The notes below the pieces were generated by a model. That model searched no databases. It was not told where the DNA came from and was given only the letters and a program-made list of their open reading frames with translations. This document shows, piece after piece, positions 48,602 to 58,444 of a stretch of DNA of 64,000 nt. The stretch comes from a virus (taxonomy: Duplodnaviria; Heunggongvirae; Uroviricota; Caudoviricetes), in IMG/VR virus record IMGVR_UViG_3300002834_000024, positions 210,787 to 274,786 of that record. The stretch is one strand, 5' to 3'. Every line of letters begins with the position of its first letter. Position 1 is the first letter of the stretch. Both the position numbers and the translations under genes were made by a program.

Positions 48602-49768
48602 ATGAGTAAAAAAATCATTACAAGTGAATTTGTTTCTTGGGGGCATCCTGATAAGATAGCTGACCAAATTGCTGATGCTATTTTGGGTGAGTATCTAAAA
48701 CAAGATCCTAAATCGAGAACTGGTATCGAAGTGTTAATCAAGGATAATATTGTTGTTCTGGGTGGTGAAATTAAATCGAAAGGTAAAGTAGATTATGATA
48801 CAATTGTTCGAGATGTATTCAAAAAATTACCATTTCCATCAAATCATGGTCTTTTACCTGAAAATATTAAGATAATTAATCTAATTGGAAAACAATCAAG
48901 TGAAATTAGCTTAGGTGTTGATCAATCGGAAGATATAATTGGTGCAGGTGATCAGGGGTTTATGGTTGGTTATGCTTCCAATGAAACAGATGAATATCTA
49001 CCACTTGGTGTATATATTGCTAAACATATTTGCCAATATGTCAGTAAACAAACTAATCTTGGATTTGGTCCAGATACCAAAACCCAAGTAATTGTTGAAT
49101 ATGATGAGGATTATAACTCTATAGTTAAATCTATACTTGTTTCAACTATGCACCAGGGGATATTAGACCATGATCGAATGAGAGTCAAGGCTATGATTTC
49201 ATCTAATGCAATGGGTATTAACAATGATATATTTAACAAACATATTTTCAACAATCCTGAACTTCAAGTTGATGTTAATCCATGCGGTTCATGGCAAACT
49301 GGTGGACCTGTATCTGATTGTGGTGTAACTGGACGCAAAATAGTTGTGGATGCTTATGGTGGGTATGCAAATGTGGGTGGCGGATGTCAAAGTGGAAAAG
49401 ATCTCTCTAAAGTAGACAGATCGGCAGCATATATGGCTCGATATTTAGCAAAAAATATTGTAGCAAGTCGTATTGCTGATACTTGTAAGGTAGAATTGTC
49501 TTATATGATTGGTGTTCCTGAACCATCTTCAATTAACATTGAAATGAATAGAAGTCAACATTTGGTTGATGATATTAAACAATACATTTCAGATAATATA
49601 AAACTTACACCGAAATTTATTATAGATAAATTCAGTAATTGTTTTGATCCTTATAAAACAGCTGTTGATGGACATTATGGAAATAGTGATGATTGTTGGG
49701 AAAAAATTGAATTTAGTGATGATTTGATTAATTATCTGATGTATTTATCAGAAAACGAACCTGCATGA
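48602..49768 (+). CDS. metK: S-adenosylmethionine synthetase
   Basis: GHPDKIADQI, GAGDQG, D.GVTGRKIVVD.YGG, GKDLSKVDRSAAY. Confidence 0.95.
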   Translation: MSKKIITSEFVSWGHPDKIADQIADAILGEYLKQDPKSRTGIEVLIKDNIVVLGGEIKSKGKVDYDTIVRDVFKKLPFPSNHGLLPENIKIINLIGKQSSEISLGVDQSEDIIGAGDQGFMVGYASNETDEYLPLGVYIAKHICQYVSKQTNLGFGPDTKTQVIVEYDEDYNSIVKSILVSTMHQGILDHDRMRVKAMISSNAMGINNDIFNKHIFNNPELQVDVNPCGSWQTGGPVSDCGVTGRKIVVDAYGGYANVGGGCQSGKDLSKVDRSAAYMARYLAKNIVASRIADTCKVELSYMIGVPEPSSINIEMNRSQHLVDDIKQYISDNIKLTPKFIIDKFSNCFDPYKTAVDGHYGNSDDCWEKIEFSDDLINYLMYLSENEPA

Positions 49769-50598
49769 CAAAAGAAGATTTAAAAGAAGCAACACTAAAA
49801 AAATTCAATTTTTTGAATGAATATAATGTTTCAAAGGGTGGTCAATTAAATGAATGGAGAGGTACACCTTTGGTAATCGGACATGTTAAAAATTCAAATG
49901 TACAATATGCAACTGGGGATTATTATGTTTTAGTTGATGTTGGGATACCACAAACTGATAATATAGAGGATTATTATTATGATGCCATTCATTTTAATAC
50001 TGAAAAGGATGGAAGTGGTATTAATGTCGGACATTATCCTGCATTAAAAAATTTTATAACCCTTTTACCTGAATATGAAAATTCATATTATGCACATGCT
50101 ATTTTTGGAGAACCTGAAGATGTAAAACAAGTAAAATCGGATGAATTGTTTGCAACCATTCAAAAAGATGGTGATATGGCAATTTTAACTCATAATTCTG
50201 GTAATAGAATAACAAATGGGGTGATAAAAATTGGAATGACACCAAATCCTTATTCTAAATCAGATTTTATGGGAGATAGTACACCTCGTTCATACTTTTG
50301 GGGCAGTAGAGGTGGTAAGGATATTTCAAATGCACATGCAACTTATATTTACACTTGTGAACTACCATTAGACAAAATTTATGATATTCAAAATAACATA
50401 AATAATTGGTCAACAAAACAAGTATTAAGTAATGGTTATACAGCAGTTGCTTATTATATGAACAATATAAAAGGTAATGGTACAGTAGTTGCTTCTTACA
50501 AAGACATACCAATAACAACCATACAAGTTGCTATGGATTCTTCAAAAATTTATGATGCCAATTGGAATCTGATTAGAGATGAATTAAAACGTGATTAA
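49765..50598 (+). CDS. Hypothetical, probable virion protein
   Basis: LKE/LNE/LNE N-terminal repeats. Confidence 0.5.
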   Translation: MTKEDLKEATLKKFNFLNEYNVSKGGQLNEWRGTPLVIGHVKNSNVQYATGDYYVLVDVGIPQTDNIEDYYYDAIHFNTEKDGSGINVGHYPALKNFITLLPEYENSYYAHAIFGEPEDVKQVKSDELFATIQKDGDMAILTHNSGNRITNGVIKIGMTPNPYSKSDFMGDSTPRSYFWGSRGGKDISNAHATYIYTCELPLDKIYDIQNNINNWSTKQVLSNGYTAVAYYMNNIKGNGTVVASYKDIPITTIQVAMDSSKIYDANWNLIRDELKRD

Positions 50599-50618
50599 AT
50601 AAAATATAAATTAATGTT

Positions 50619-51530
50619 ATGAGTAAAATATTACACAAGTACAAAAATGGTAATGTAGATGTTACTTTGTATGAAAATGGTACACAAGTATTAGAATATC
50701 CTGATGGTTCTAACCCTGAATATGCTTTTCCAACATCAATGGATGTTCATATTACTAATAAGTGTTTATTCAATTGTCCTCAATGTCATGAAGGATCAAG
50801 TGAAAGTGGTCGTCATGGTGATTTGAATAAGTTAAGTGAAATCATATCAGTTTTACCACATGCTGAACTTGCAATTGGTGGGGGTGATGCTTTTCTACAT
50901 CCAGAGTTGGAACCATTTCTTAAAAGATGTAAGGAACAGGGGTTAGTATGTAATCTAACTGTTAATCAAAAACAATTGAAAAGAGATTTTAATCAATTAC
51001 GCAGATTTATTGATGAAAAACTTGTTTATGGTATCGGATTATCAGTTTCATCACCACGTTCATGGGATGGGGATAGAGAATGGTGGTTTGCTGGGTATGA
51101 ACATACTGTATTGCATTTAATTATGGGTATTCATACAGTTGAAGATTTGCAAATATTGCGTGATAATTTTGGGTTTAAAAAATTTCTGTTGTTGGGGTAC
51201 AAAGTGTTTGGTAGAGGTGTAGAATACTATCAAAAGAATAAAGAAACCATTGATAATAACATTAAAGAATGGGATGACAATATATTAAAGTTATTTCAAG
51301 GGTGCATTATTTCTTTTGATAACTTGGCATTAGAACAATTAACACTTCAAGGTAAATTACCCGAAAAGTTATGGAATCAATCGTTTATGGGGGAAGATTT
51401 TAACCACACTATGTATATTGACGTTGTTGAACGAGAGTATGCACCAACATCACGCAGTCCAAAATCAGATAGGGTTAAATGGGACGATATGGATTTTCTA
51501 ACATATTTCAGAAACAATCGAAACAAGTAA
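50619..51530 (+). CDS. Radical SAM protein
   Basis: CLFNCPQCHE (CX3CX2C), AIGGG, SFDNLA. Confidence 0.88.
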   Translation: MSKILHKYKNGNVDVTLYENGTQVLEYPDGSNPEYAFPTSMDVHITNKCLFNCPQCHEGSSESGRHGDLNKLSEIISVLPHAELAIGGGDAFLHPELEPFLKRCKEQGLVCNLTVNQKQLKRDFNQLRRFIDEKLVYGIGLSVSSPRSWDGDREWWFAGYEHTVLHLIMGIHTVEDLQILRDNFGFKKFLLLGYKVFGRGVEYYQKNKETIDNNIKEWDDNILKLFQGCIISFDNLALEQLTLQGKLPEKLWNQSFMGEDFNHTMYIDVVEREYAPTSRSPKSDRVKWDDMDFLTYFRNNRNK

Positions 51531-51758
51531 AATGGGAATTATTAGACATTTCAATGATGAAGATGATGGTTATCCTGTATATGGTCATGATTCAAATATG
51601 TTAAGGGATACTTGTATTAAAGACGAATGGACACATAAGCCACAAAATGGAATCGACATTGAAAGTATTTTCAGACCAGATGATTGTCCATTTGCGCTTT
51701 GTCCTCATACATTTATGTATTGTTCGGGTGGTGGTCAATGTCCAAGTCAATAACTATT

Positions 51759-52427
51759 ATGAGTAAGATAGAAGTAATACATGGTGATTGTTTAAAAATA
51801 TTACCTGATTTAAAAATAGATTGGAATCAAGTAATATTTGTTAGCGATCCCCCATACAATCAAAATTATCATTATTCTAAATATAAAGATAATTTACCAG
51901 AAGAAGAATATCTAGAAATGTTGGCTGATGTTTTTCTTGGGCGTAGTGGAACAAAACATGTTCTTATACATTATCCCGAAATGTTATATAAATATGCGTA
52001 TCTAATAGGTGTATTTCCTGAACGTGTTGTATCATGGGTATATAACAGTAATACACCCAGACAACATAGGGATATAGTCTTTTTTAATGTTAAGCCTGAT
52101 TTTAAAAAGGGTTCACAACCATATAAAAATCCAAATGATAAACGAATAAAGGCACGAATTGAATCTGGTAAGACAGCAAAATTATATGATTGGTGGGAAA
52201 TAAATCAGGTAAAAAATGTCAGTAAGGAAAAAACTGAACACCCCTGTCAAATTCCTGAAAAAGTTATGTACAACATTATTTCAATTTTACCAGAGAATTA
52301 TACAATAATAGATCCATTCTGTGGCGCTGGGACGACAGGTGTTGCCTGTAAAGAATTAAATAGGGATTTTATTGGAATTGAAATGGATGAAAAATATTTT
52401 GAAATATCAAAAAATAGATTATTATGA
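51759..52427 (+). CDS. DNA N6/N4 methyltransferase (beta class)
   Basis: SDPPY, HPCQIP, IDPFCGAGTT. Confidence 0.88.
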   Translation: MSKIEVIHGDCLKILPDLKIDWNQVIFVSDPPYNQNYHYSKYKDNLPEEEYLEMLADVFLGRSGTKHVLIHYPEMLYKYAYLIGVFPERVVSWVYNSNTPRQHRDIVFFNVKPDFKKGSQPYKNPNDKRIKARIESGKTAKLYDWWEINQVKNVSKEKTEHPCQIPEKVMYNIISILPENYTIIDPFCGAGTTGVACKELNRDFIGIEMDEKYFEISKNRLL

Positions 52428-52953
52428 TGACAGTTGGTGAAGTAGTTAAACAATTAAAGAGGATGCCACAAGATATTCCATTTCTTGTTGAAGCATATAA
52501 TGATAACATTAAAAGATGGGGTAATCATCAAGTTGATTTGGTTACACACCATTACCATGAAAATAAAGATAATCAACCATTAATTAATGAATGTGTTGTG
52601 ATGATTGATTATGATAGTTGTAAATATGGAATTATTAAAGATGATGGTACAACTATGACTGATGAGGAGTTAAGAGATTATTTTGCTAATCTATAAAAAG
52701 ATGATTGAGTGGAAATTAAGGGGACATTTTGTTTGTAATAATTGTGTTGAAACCTGTGGTAATTGTATCCCTGAATTAACAACTATTAAAAATGGTGGTG
52801 AAATAGAAGATAAAAACTTATATCCACGCAAACAATTGATTGGATGTCTTGGCAAATATTGTGATGATCCATGTAAATTACAAAAAGAACAAAGTGATTT
52901 GACAATAGAACATTTAATTAAGTTATGTACATGGATGGGAAAAAAATTAAATT

Positions 52954-52998
52954 TTAACATCCAGTAAAAAAAATCTTATGTAAATTTTATTACCTTTG
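52954..52998 (+). promoter_or_regulatory. TTAACATCCAG box plus TAccTTTG promoter
   Basis: Box 52954-52964; -7 element at 52991. Confidence 0.75.
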
Positions 52999-53030
52999 CA
53001 GTATAATTAATAATTAAAATTAGAAAAGTT

Positions 53031-54014
53031 ATGGAGACTAAATTTTCAAAGTCCGATGTGGAATTACAAGAAATTGCCTTGAATGGTAATAAAGAAACAG
53101 TAAATGACCTGTACCAGGTAGATCCGAAGTTACTTGTGGTTGAAATTGATCACAATGTCAGAAATTTTGAAGATGACAATGTTAAAGCTCACATTGAGTG
53201 GCTTAAAACCGACATCAAGAAAAATAGTATTATAACTCCTTTGTTATGTCGTAGGCATAAAAAGGTTGGGGTTTATGTTAACCCATCTAACGGAAAAGAA
53301 TATGACTTATGGTCATGGAGCGTGATTGATGGTGAATGTAGAAAACGTGCTATTGACGAATTATTAGCAGAAGGATGCGATATTAAACGTGTACCAGTCA
53401 TTTCCGAAAGACAGAACTCCAATGATGCCGATAGAGCATTATACATGCTGAAATCTAATGAGGGCTTAGCATTTACCAAATACGAAAGGGCAAAACTGTA
53501 CCAACGTTTTATGAATTTTGGATGGACAAAAGAAGAAATTGCTGAAAAGGTTTCTCGTAGTCTTAACCATGTAAATGAATGTTTGGGTTTATTGAACTAT
53601 TCAGATCAGGTTCAAAAATTATTGGTTGATAAGAAGATAACTGCAAACAATGTTATTGCAATTGAAAAACAGGTAAAGAAAGATGTGTCTGATGGTAAAA
53701 TAAAAAAACCAACAAACCGTTATGCCGAAGTTGAACAAAGACTGGCTCAAATGATGCGAAAAGCAGAAGATGCTTCTAATGAAGGTGGTAGAATTGTAAA
53801 GGTTGGTAAAATCATTAATGTTAAAAAGACTGAAAGTGAAGAATTAGCCGAACAACTTGATGCTGTACTGAACGCATTACCACGGAAACCAAGTTACACA
53901 CTTGCTGAATTGGAAGAATTGTATGACCTATTGTCCGCTGGACATCCTGTTAAAAACTCAATCAATTCAGTGTTTGGAAGTAAGGTGGAAGCCGCCACTG
54001 GAACCGAAGGTTAA
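53031..54014 (+). CDS. ParB/Srx-like protein with HTH
   Basis: NVR.F, IDGECRKRA, GWTKEEIAEKVSRS. Confidence 0.8.
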   Translation: METKFSKSDVELQEIALNGNKETVNDLYQVDPKLLVVEIDHNVRNFEDDNVKAHIEWLKTDIKKNSIITPLLCRRHKKVGVYVNPSNGKEYDLWSWSVIDGECRKRAIDELLAEGCDIKRVPVISERQNSNDADRALYMLKSNEGLAFTKYERAKLYQRFMNFGWTKEEIAEKVSRSLNHVNECLGLLNYSDQVQKLLVDKKITANNVIAIEKQVKKDVSDGKIKKPTNRYAEVEQRLAQMMRKAEDASNEGGRIVKVGKIINVKKTESEELAEQLDAVLNALPRKPSYTLAELEELYDLLSAGHPVKNSINSVFGSKVEAATGTEG

Positions 54015-54304
54015 TTGATTAATAATACATGAATGAGGGATAGGATAATTTATTATTCTATCCCAAATTTTTTTATAATACCATTTGAAATGAGTAAATT
54101 TAGAGTTGGGGAACATATTATTGTAAAACCAAAGGAAGAATTAAGTGAAGATCAATTACGATGGATTGATTGGAAAATGGAACCATTATTAGGAAAAGAA
54201 ACAGTTATTGTTTGTCGAATACATAAAGGTCATCCATATTTCAGGCTTGAAATTGATAACGAACAAACAGACTGGCATGAAATGCTGTTTAAAAAAAGAA
54301 AGAA

Positions 54305-54670
54305 ATGATAAACTGGTATGAAAGAGCAAAAGAGTTTATGACACATTATATTGGATTAAATAAATCCGACTGTGTTATCCTTGAACGATTACTTAAATCT
54401 ATTGGTGAAGAAAATTTTAATCAATTGGTTGAAGATACGAAGGACCAAACTTATGATAATACAGGTGAAGATTATAGTTTTACAGCATTTCATAAACGTT
54501 TTAGGCAAACAGATGTAAGTGGAAATACTGATATTGATTGGATATTTTGGCATTTTGTGCATATATCCAAATTACCACAAACATTATATTATGGGATACA
54601 AAACAAAAATTATGATGGAACACCATGTGATCCAGAATTTTTATATTTTGACGGACAATTTTTAAAATAA
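54305..54670 (+). CDS. Hypothetical protein
   Basis: ORF in operon. Confidence 0.5.
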   Translation: MINWYERAKEFMTHYIGLNKSDCVILERLLKSIGEENFNQLVEDTKDQTYDNTGEDYSFTAFHKRFRQTDVSGNTDIDWIFWHFVHISKLPQTLYYGIQNKNYDGTPCDPEFLYFDGQFLK

Positions 54671-54676
54671 GATAAA

Positions 54677-55120
54677 ATGAAAGTAGAATTAATCGTAGTT
54701 AATGCGTGTAATAATTACACAATAGAAATGGACTTAAAATTCTTACCAAGAAAAGGTGATTTTATATATTTACAACCATTTCAGTATGAAGTGACAGGTG
54801 TTAAATATTCTTTTGATGATTTAGATTCTAACGAATATACCCCATCAAAATCACCTGTGAGACTTTATATTAAGTCCATTCAACACATGGAATATTGTAA
54901 AAAAATTGGCATGATAATTGATCATAGTCATATATGTTTTATTGATCATTTACATACAAGACTTGATCAACTTGATATTCCAAGAAAAGAAAAACGTCAT
55001 TGTATTGATACTGATGATCCTAATGGGTTTCCAAAAGAACAAAATGTTGAATTGGATTTAGAAGACAGATTTAATAAATTACTTGACAAATATAATATAC
55101 CTTATGAAAGAGAAAATTAA
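54677..55120 (+). CDS. Hypothetical protein
   Basis: LPRKGDFI motif. Confidence 0.5.
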   Translation: MKVELIVVNACNNYTIEMDLKFLPRKGDFIYLQPFQYEVTGVKYSFDDLDSNEYTPSKSPVRLYIKSIQHMEYCKKIGMIIDHSHICFIDHLHTRLDQLDIPRKEKRHCIDTDDPNGFPKEQNVELDLEDRFNKLLDKYNIPYEREN

Positions 55121-55697
55121 AACAGTAGAATCAGAAGCAACTATGGAAAATTTAGCTGGTAATATGATTAACAGACTTAAAAATGAAATTGAACTTTTGA
55201 ACGAAGATTTAGAATGTGTTCACATTTTTTTAGATGATTGTGATGTACCAAGAAAAGATGAAAATGGTGAAGAATACTCTATTGTTGGGCGACTTCTTCA
55301 TCAAACTTATGATGATGAAGTGTTATTTGAAAAAATAGTTCCATATGGTTGTGAACAGTTGATTACTATGCCATTATGGGAGGAGGGCGATTACAGACCA
55401 ATGTTAAACATATGGCAAATACCAAAAGGGGAAACAGTAACTGAATGTTTGGAATCATACACAAAAATCAAAAATTTATGTGAGTTATTTTTTAGAGATG
55501 AAGAATATAATTTTGAAATTGATGATGATTTATCATTTGAAGAACGAATGTTACCTTGTAACATGAAAGACACTTTTACAATTAAAATATACCAATCTGG
55601 TGATATATTAGATGATGATATTGTACCTAATTATTCTATTGTTGAACTATTGAAAATTGGTTCAGATTTATTATCTTATATAGAAGAAAATAAATGA
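55083..55697 (+). CDS. Hypothetical protein
   Basis: Acidic ORF, YSIVGRL. Confidence 0.5.
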   Translation: MTNIIYLMKEKIKTVESEATMENLAGNMINRLKNEIELLNEDLECVHIFLDDCDVPRKDENGEEYSIVGRLLHQTYDDEVLFEKIVPYGCEQLITMPLWEEGDYRPMLNIWQIPKGETVTECLESYTKIKNLCELFFRDEEYNFEIDDDLSFEERMLPCNMKDTFTIKIYQSGDILDDDIVPNYSIVELLKIGSDLLSYIEENK

Positions 55698-55876
55698 GAC
55701 AAAAATGATTAGAAGAAAATGTGATCATAATTTGTATGGGATTTGTCAATATAGTAGATGTCAATATCCTTCAAAAACAAAGGATGAAATAAAACAAATT
55801 GAGAATAAAAAAATTATGAATATCAGAAAAAACTCTGTATATAGTAATACTAATGATAAAAATAGAACTTGGTATT

Positions 55877-56575
55877 ATGATTAAAAAACTATTAACAACA
55901 CTATTTCTACTTATTTGTTTAAATTGTTATGCTGATGATTCAATCATATATAGGTATAACAACACTTGGTATATGTCAAATCAATTGGCATACAGTAATG
56001 CTAGATTGGAAAATAAAAATGTTCTTTTTGTTTTTGGTGCTGAATGGTGTGGTTTAACACAAGGATCAATGAGAGCAATGGGTAATCCACCATTGTATTC
56101 AATATTAAATGAAAAATATGTTTTTCGATATGATACAACACGAACACATTGGACAAATGGATCAACTTGGTGGGCATTAAAACACTATGATCATTTAGTT
56201 GATTTGAATTTTAATCCAATGAGTATTCCAATATTTTGTATTGTTTCTCCTGATAATATGAATTTTCCAATTAGTAGAAAACAATCAAAAAGCAGTTCAG
56301 ATCAAGGAATATATAATTCAGATACATTATATCATTTTTTAGTATCTAACTTATTCATTTATAATGATACAAAAATTAAATGTTATTATGATAATGGTAT
56401 ATTAATAATAGAATCTTTAACTGAAAATGAATTGATTTTTGTGTATTCAATATCAGGAAAATTACTTTCTATTTTACATAAAAAAAGTGATACATTTCAT
56501 AAAACAATACATTTATCTTCTGGGGTTTATATAATAACAGGTCATAATTGGACAAAGAAACTATGGGTAAAATAA
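55877..56575 (+). CDS. Secreted thioredoxin-like protein with T9SS-like C-terminal domain
   Basis: Signal peptide, FGAEWCG, C-terminal VYSISGKLL...LSSGVYII....TKKL. Confidence 0.65.
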   Translation: MIKKLLTTLFLLICLNCYADDSIIYRYNNTWYMSNQLAYSNARLENKNVLFVFGAEWCGLTQGSMRAMGNPPLYSILNEKYVFRYDTTRTHWTNGSTWWALKHYDHLVDLNFNPMSIPIFCIVSPDNMNFPISRKQSKSSSDQGIYNSDTLYHFLVSNLFIYNDTKIKCYYDNGILIIESLTENELIFVYSISGKLLSILHKKSDTFHKTIHLSSGVYIITGHNWTKKLWVK

Positions 56576-57405
56576 AGAATGATAAATACTTCACACCCCT
56601 AATCCTTGCTGAACGATTAAGTAAAAAAGCATTAGATATAATTGGTAGGGTAAATGTCAGTGAAATAATTGAACCAAGTGCGGGAAATGGAAGTTTCCAT
56701 AATCAATTCAAGGTTTATAAAGCATATGATATTGAACCAAAATCCCCATATGTTACCAAACAAGATTATTTAACTCTTGAAGAAGAATATAAAAGGGGGA
56801 GATTGTATCTGGGTAATCCACCATTTGGTAATAGGAATTATCTATCATTAAAGTTTCTCAAAAAGAATATGTTATATGGTGATTATATTGCTTACATTCA
56901 ACCAATACTTTCTTTGGGTGGTTCATTACAGTTTTATGAATTTGATTTAATACATTCAGAAGATTTGGGTATTGTGGATTTCATAAATGGGGAAGATGAA
57001 AGTCAAATTATTCCATTACATGTCTGTTTTAATATATGGAAAAGATCTGCTGGTGGTAAACTCAATTCAAAACCAAATCATAAACTCAATTCTGTTGTAA
57101 TTAAAGAATATAGAAGAAATAAAAAGAATGAAAACGATCATTCATGTTACAATATAGAATCAATTACAGATGGTTATGATTATAGTATGTGTAATTGGGG
57201 AAGTGGGACATTAGGTAAAATACCTGAATATGTTGGACAATATGCACAGGAATGTTACTTTTATCTTAACAATAAAACAAAATTAAATAAGTTAAAACAA
57301 TTATTGGAATACAATACCATTCGAGAATATTGTAAAAATATTTCAATGAAAAGGATATGTGTTTCTCGCTTATACATATATTTGAAAAATAATGGATTTG
57401 ATTAA
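56563..57405 (+). CDS. DNA methyltransferase (NPPF type)
   Basis: DKYFTP, IEPSAGNGSF, YDIEP, GNPPFG. Confidence 0.85.
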   Translation: MGKIKNDKYFTPLILAERLSKKALDIIGRVNVSEIIEPSAGNGSFHNQFKVYKAYDIEPKSPYVTKQDYLTLEEEYKRGRLYLGNPPFGNRNYLSLKFLKKNMLYGDYIAYIQPILSLGGSLQFYEFDLIHSEDLGIVDFINGEDESQIIPLHVCFNIWKRSAGGKLNSKPNHKLNSVVIKEYRRNKKNENDHSCYNIESITDGYDYSMCNWGSGTLGKIPEYVGQYAQECYFYLNNKTKLNKLKQLLEYNTIREYCKNISMKRICVSRLYIYLKNNGFD

Positions 57406-57429
57406 TAAAAAAAAAAACTGCTTATCTCC

Positions 57430-57543
57430 ATGAGTTGTGGTATAAATCAAAATACCTTAATAAGCAGAATAAATGCTGGTTGGAATATAGACAGAGCAAT
57501 AAATACACCAAGTAATAAATATAATAAATTAAAAAATGATTAA
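57430..57543 (+). pseudogene. Remnant of an HNH-endonuclease C-terminal DNA-binding module
   Basis: GINQNTLISRINAGWNIDRAINTP. Confidence 0.45.
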
Positions 57544-57976
57544 AAAACTAATAATTGGTATTGATTTTGATGGGACTTGTTGTTGTCATAATTTTCCTGA
57601 AATAGGTAAAGATATTGGTGCAGTTCCAGTGTTAAAAAGATTAGTTGAAAATGGGCATCGGTTAATACTATTTACCATGCGTTCAATAAAACCAAGTGAA
57701 TGGAATGTGGTTGAAGGTGGTTATGATGTGGTTAGTGGTTGGGATAATTTAACACCAGCAATTCAATGGTTTAAAGATAATAATATACCATTATATGGTG
57801 TTAATAACAACCCAGAACAAAGTAAATGGAGTATATCCCCTAAACCATATTGTCACCTTTATATAGATGACACCGCACTTGGTTCTCCATTAAAATATGA
57901 TGGTTTTATGTCCAACAGACCTTTTGTTGATTGGAATAAGGCTGAAATAATGCTTGAAGAATTAGGACTTATTTGA
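57536..57976 (+). CDS. HAD-superfamily phosphatase (BT0820-like)
   Basis: IGIDFDGT, LILFTMR, SPKPY..LYIDD. Confidence 0.8.
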   Translation: MIKKLIIGIDFDGTCCCHNFPEIGKDIGAVPVLKRLVENGHRLILFTMRSIKPSEWNVVEGGYDVVSGWDNLTPAIQWFKDNNIPLYGVNNNPEQSKWSISPKPYCHLYIDDTALGSPLKYDGFMSNRPFVDWNKAEIMLEELGLI

Positions 57977-58027
57977 TTTTAGTTTTTAAAACAGTAGTAT
58001 TGTAATTGTAATAAAATTTGAAATATT

Positions 58028-58444
58028 ATGATAGATATGAAAGAAACCGAAAATGATAATATGAGATTATATCTTGATTCAATAGCATATAATAGTTTTA
58101 AAGAAAAGATAATCAGAACACTAACAAATAATGATTTCAAAATCATATCACATTCAAGATACCCCTCTGGCATTAGAAATGTTATTCTTGAACAACAACA
58201 CAGTATCAAAACGCCTGAACATAACTTTTTGGAATTATTACATGACAGGGTTTTAGAAAAAATGAAAGAATCAAAAATACCATTTGATAATAAAATTGTA
58301 ATTGAAATACAGCCAATTTTATTGGAAGATGGTAGTAAATATTTTGAAAGACATACACCAATGTTTTTTTCCATGAAAGATGGTCTTAACAGTCTTGGTC
58401 TTGAATGTTTTCATGTAGATGGATTTAAACCAATATATCTTTAA
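58028..58444 (+). CDS. Hypothetical protein
   Basis: 138-aa ORF. Confidence 0.45.
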   Translation: MIDMKETENDNMRLYLDSIAYNSFKEKIIRTLTNNDFKIISHSRYPSGIRNVILEQQHSIKTPEHNFLELLHDRVLEKMKESKIPFDNKIVIEIQPILLEDGSKYFERHTPMFFSMKDGLNSLGLECFHVDGFKPIYL

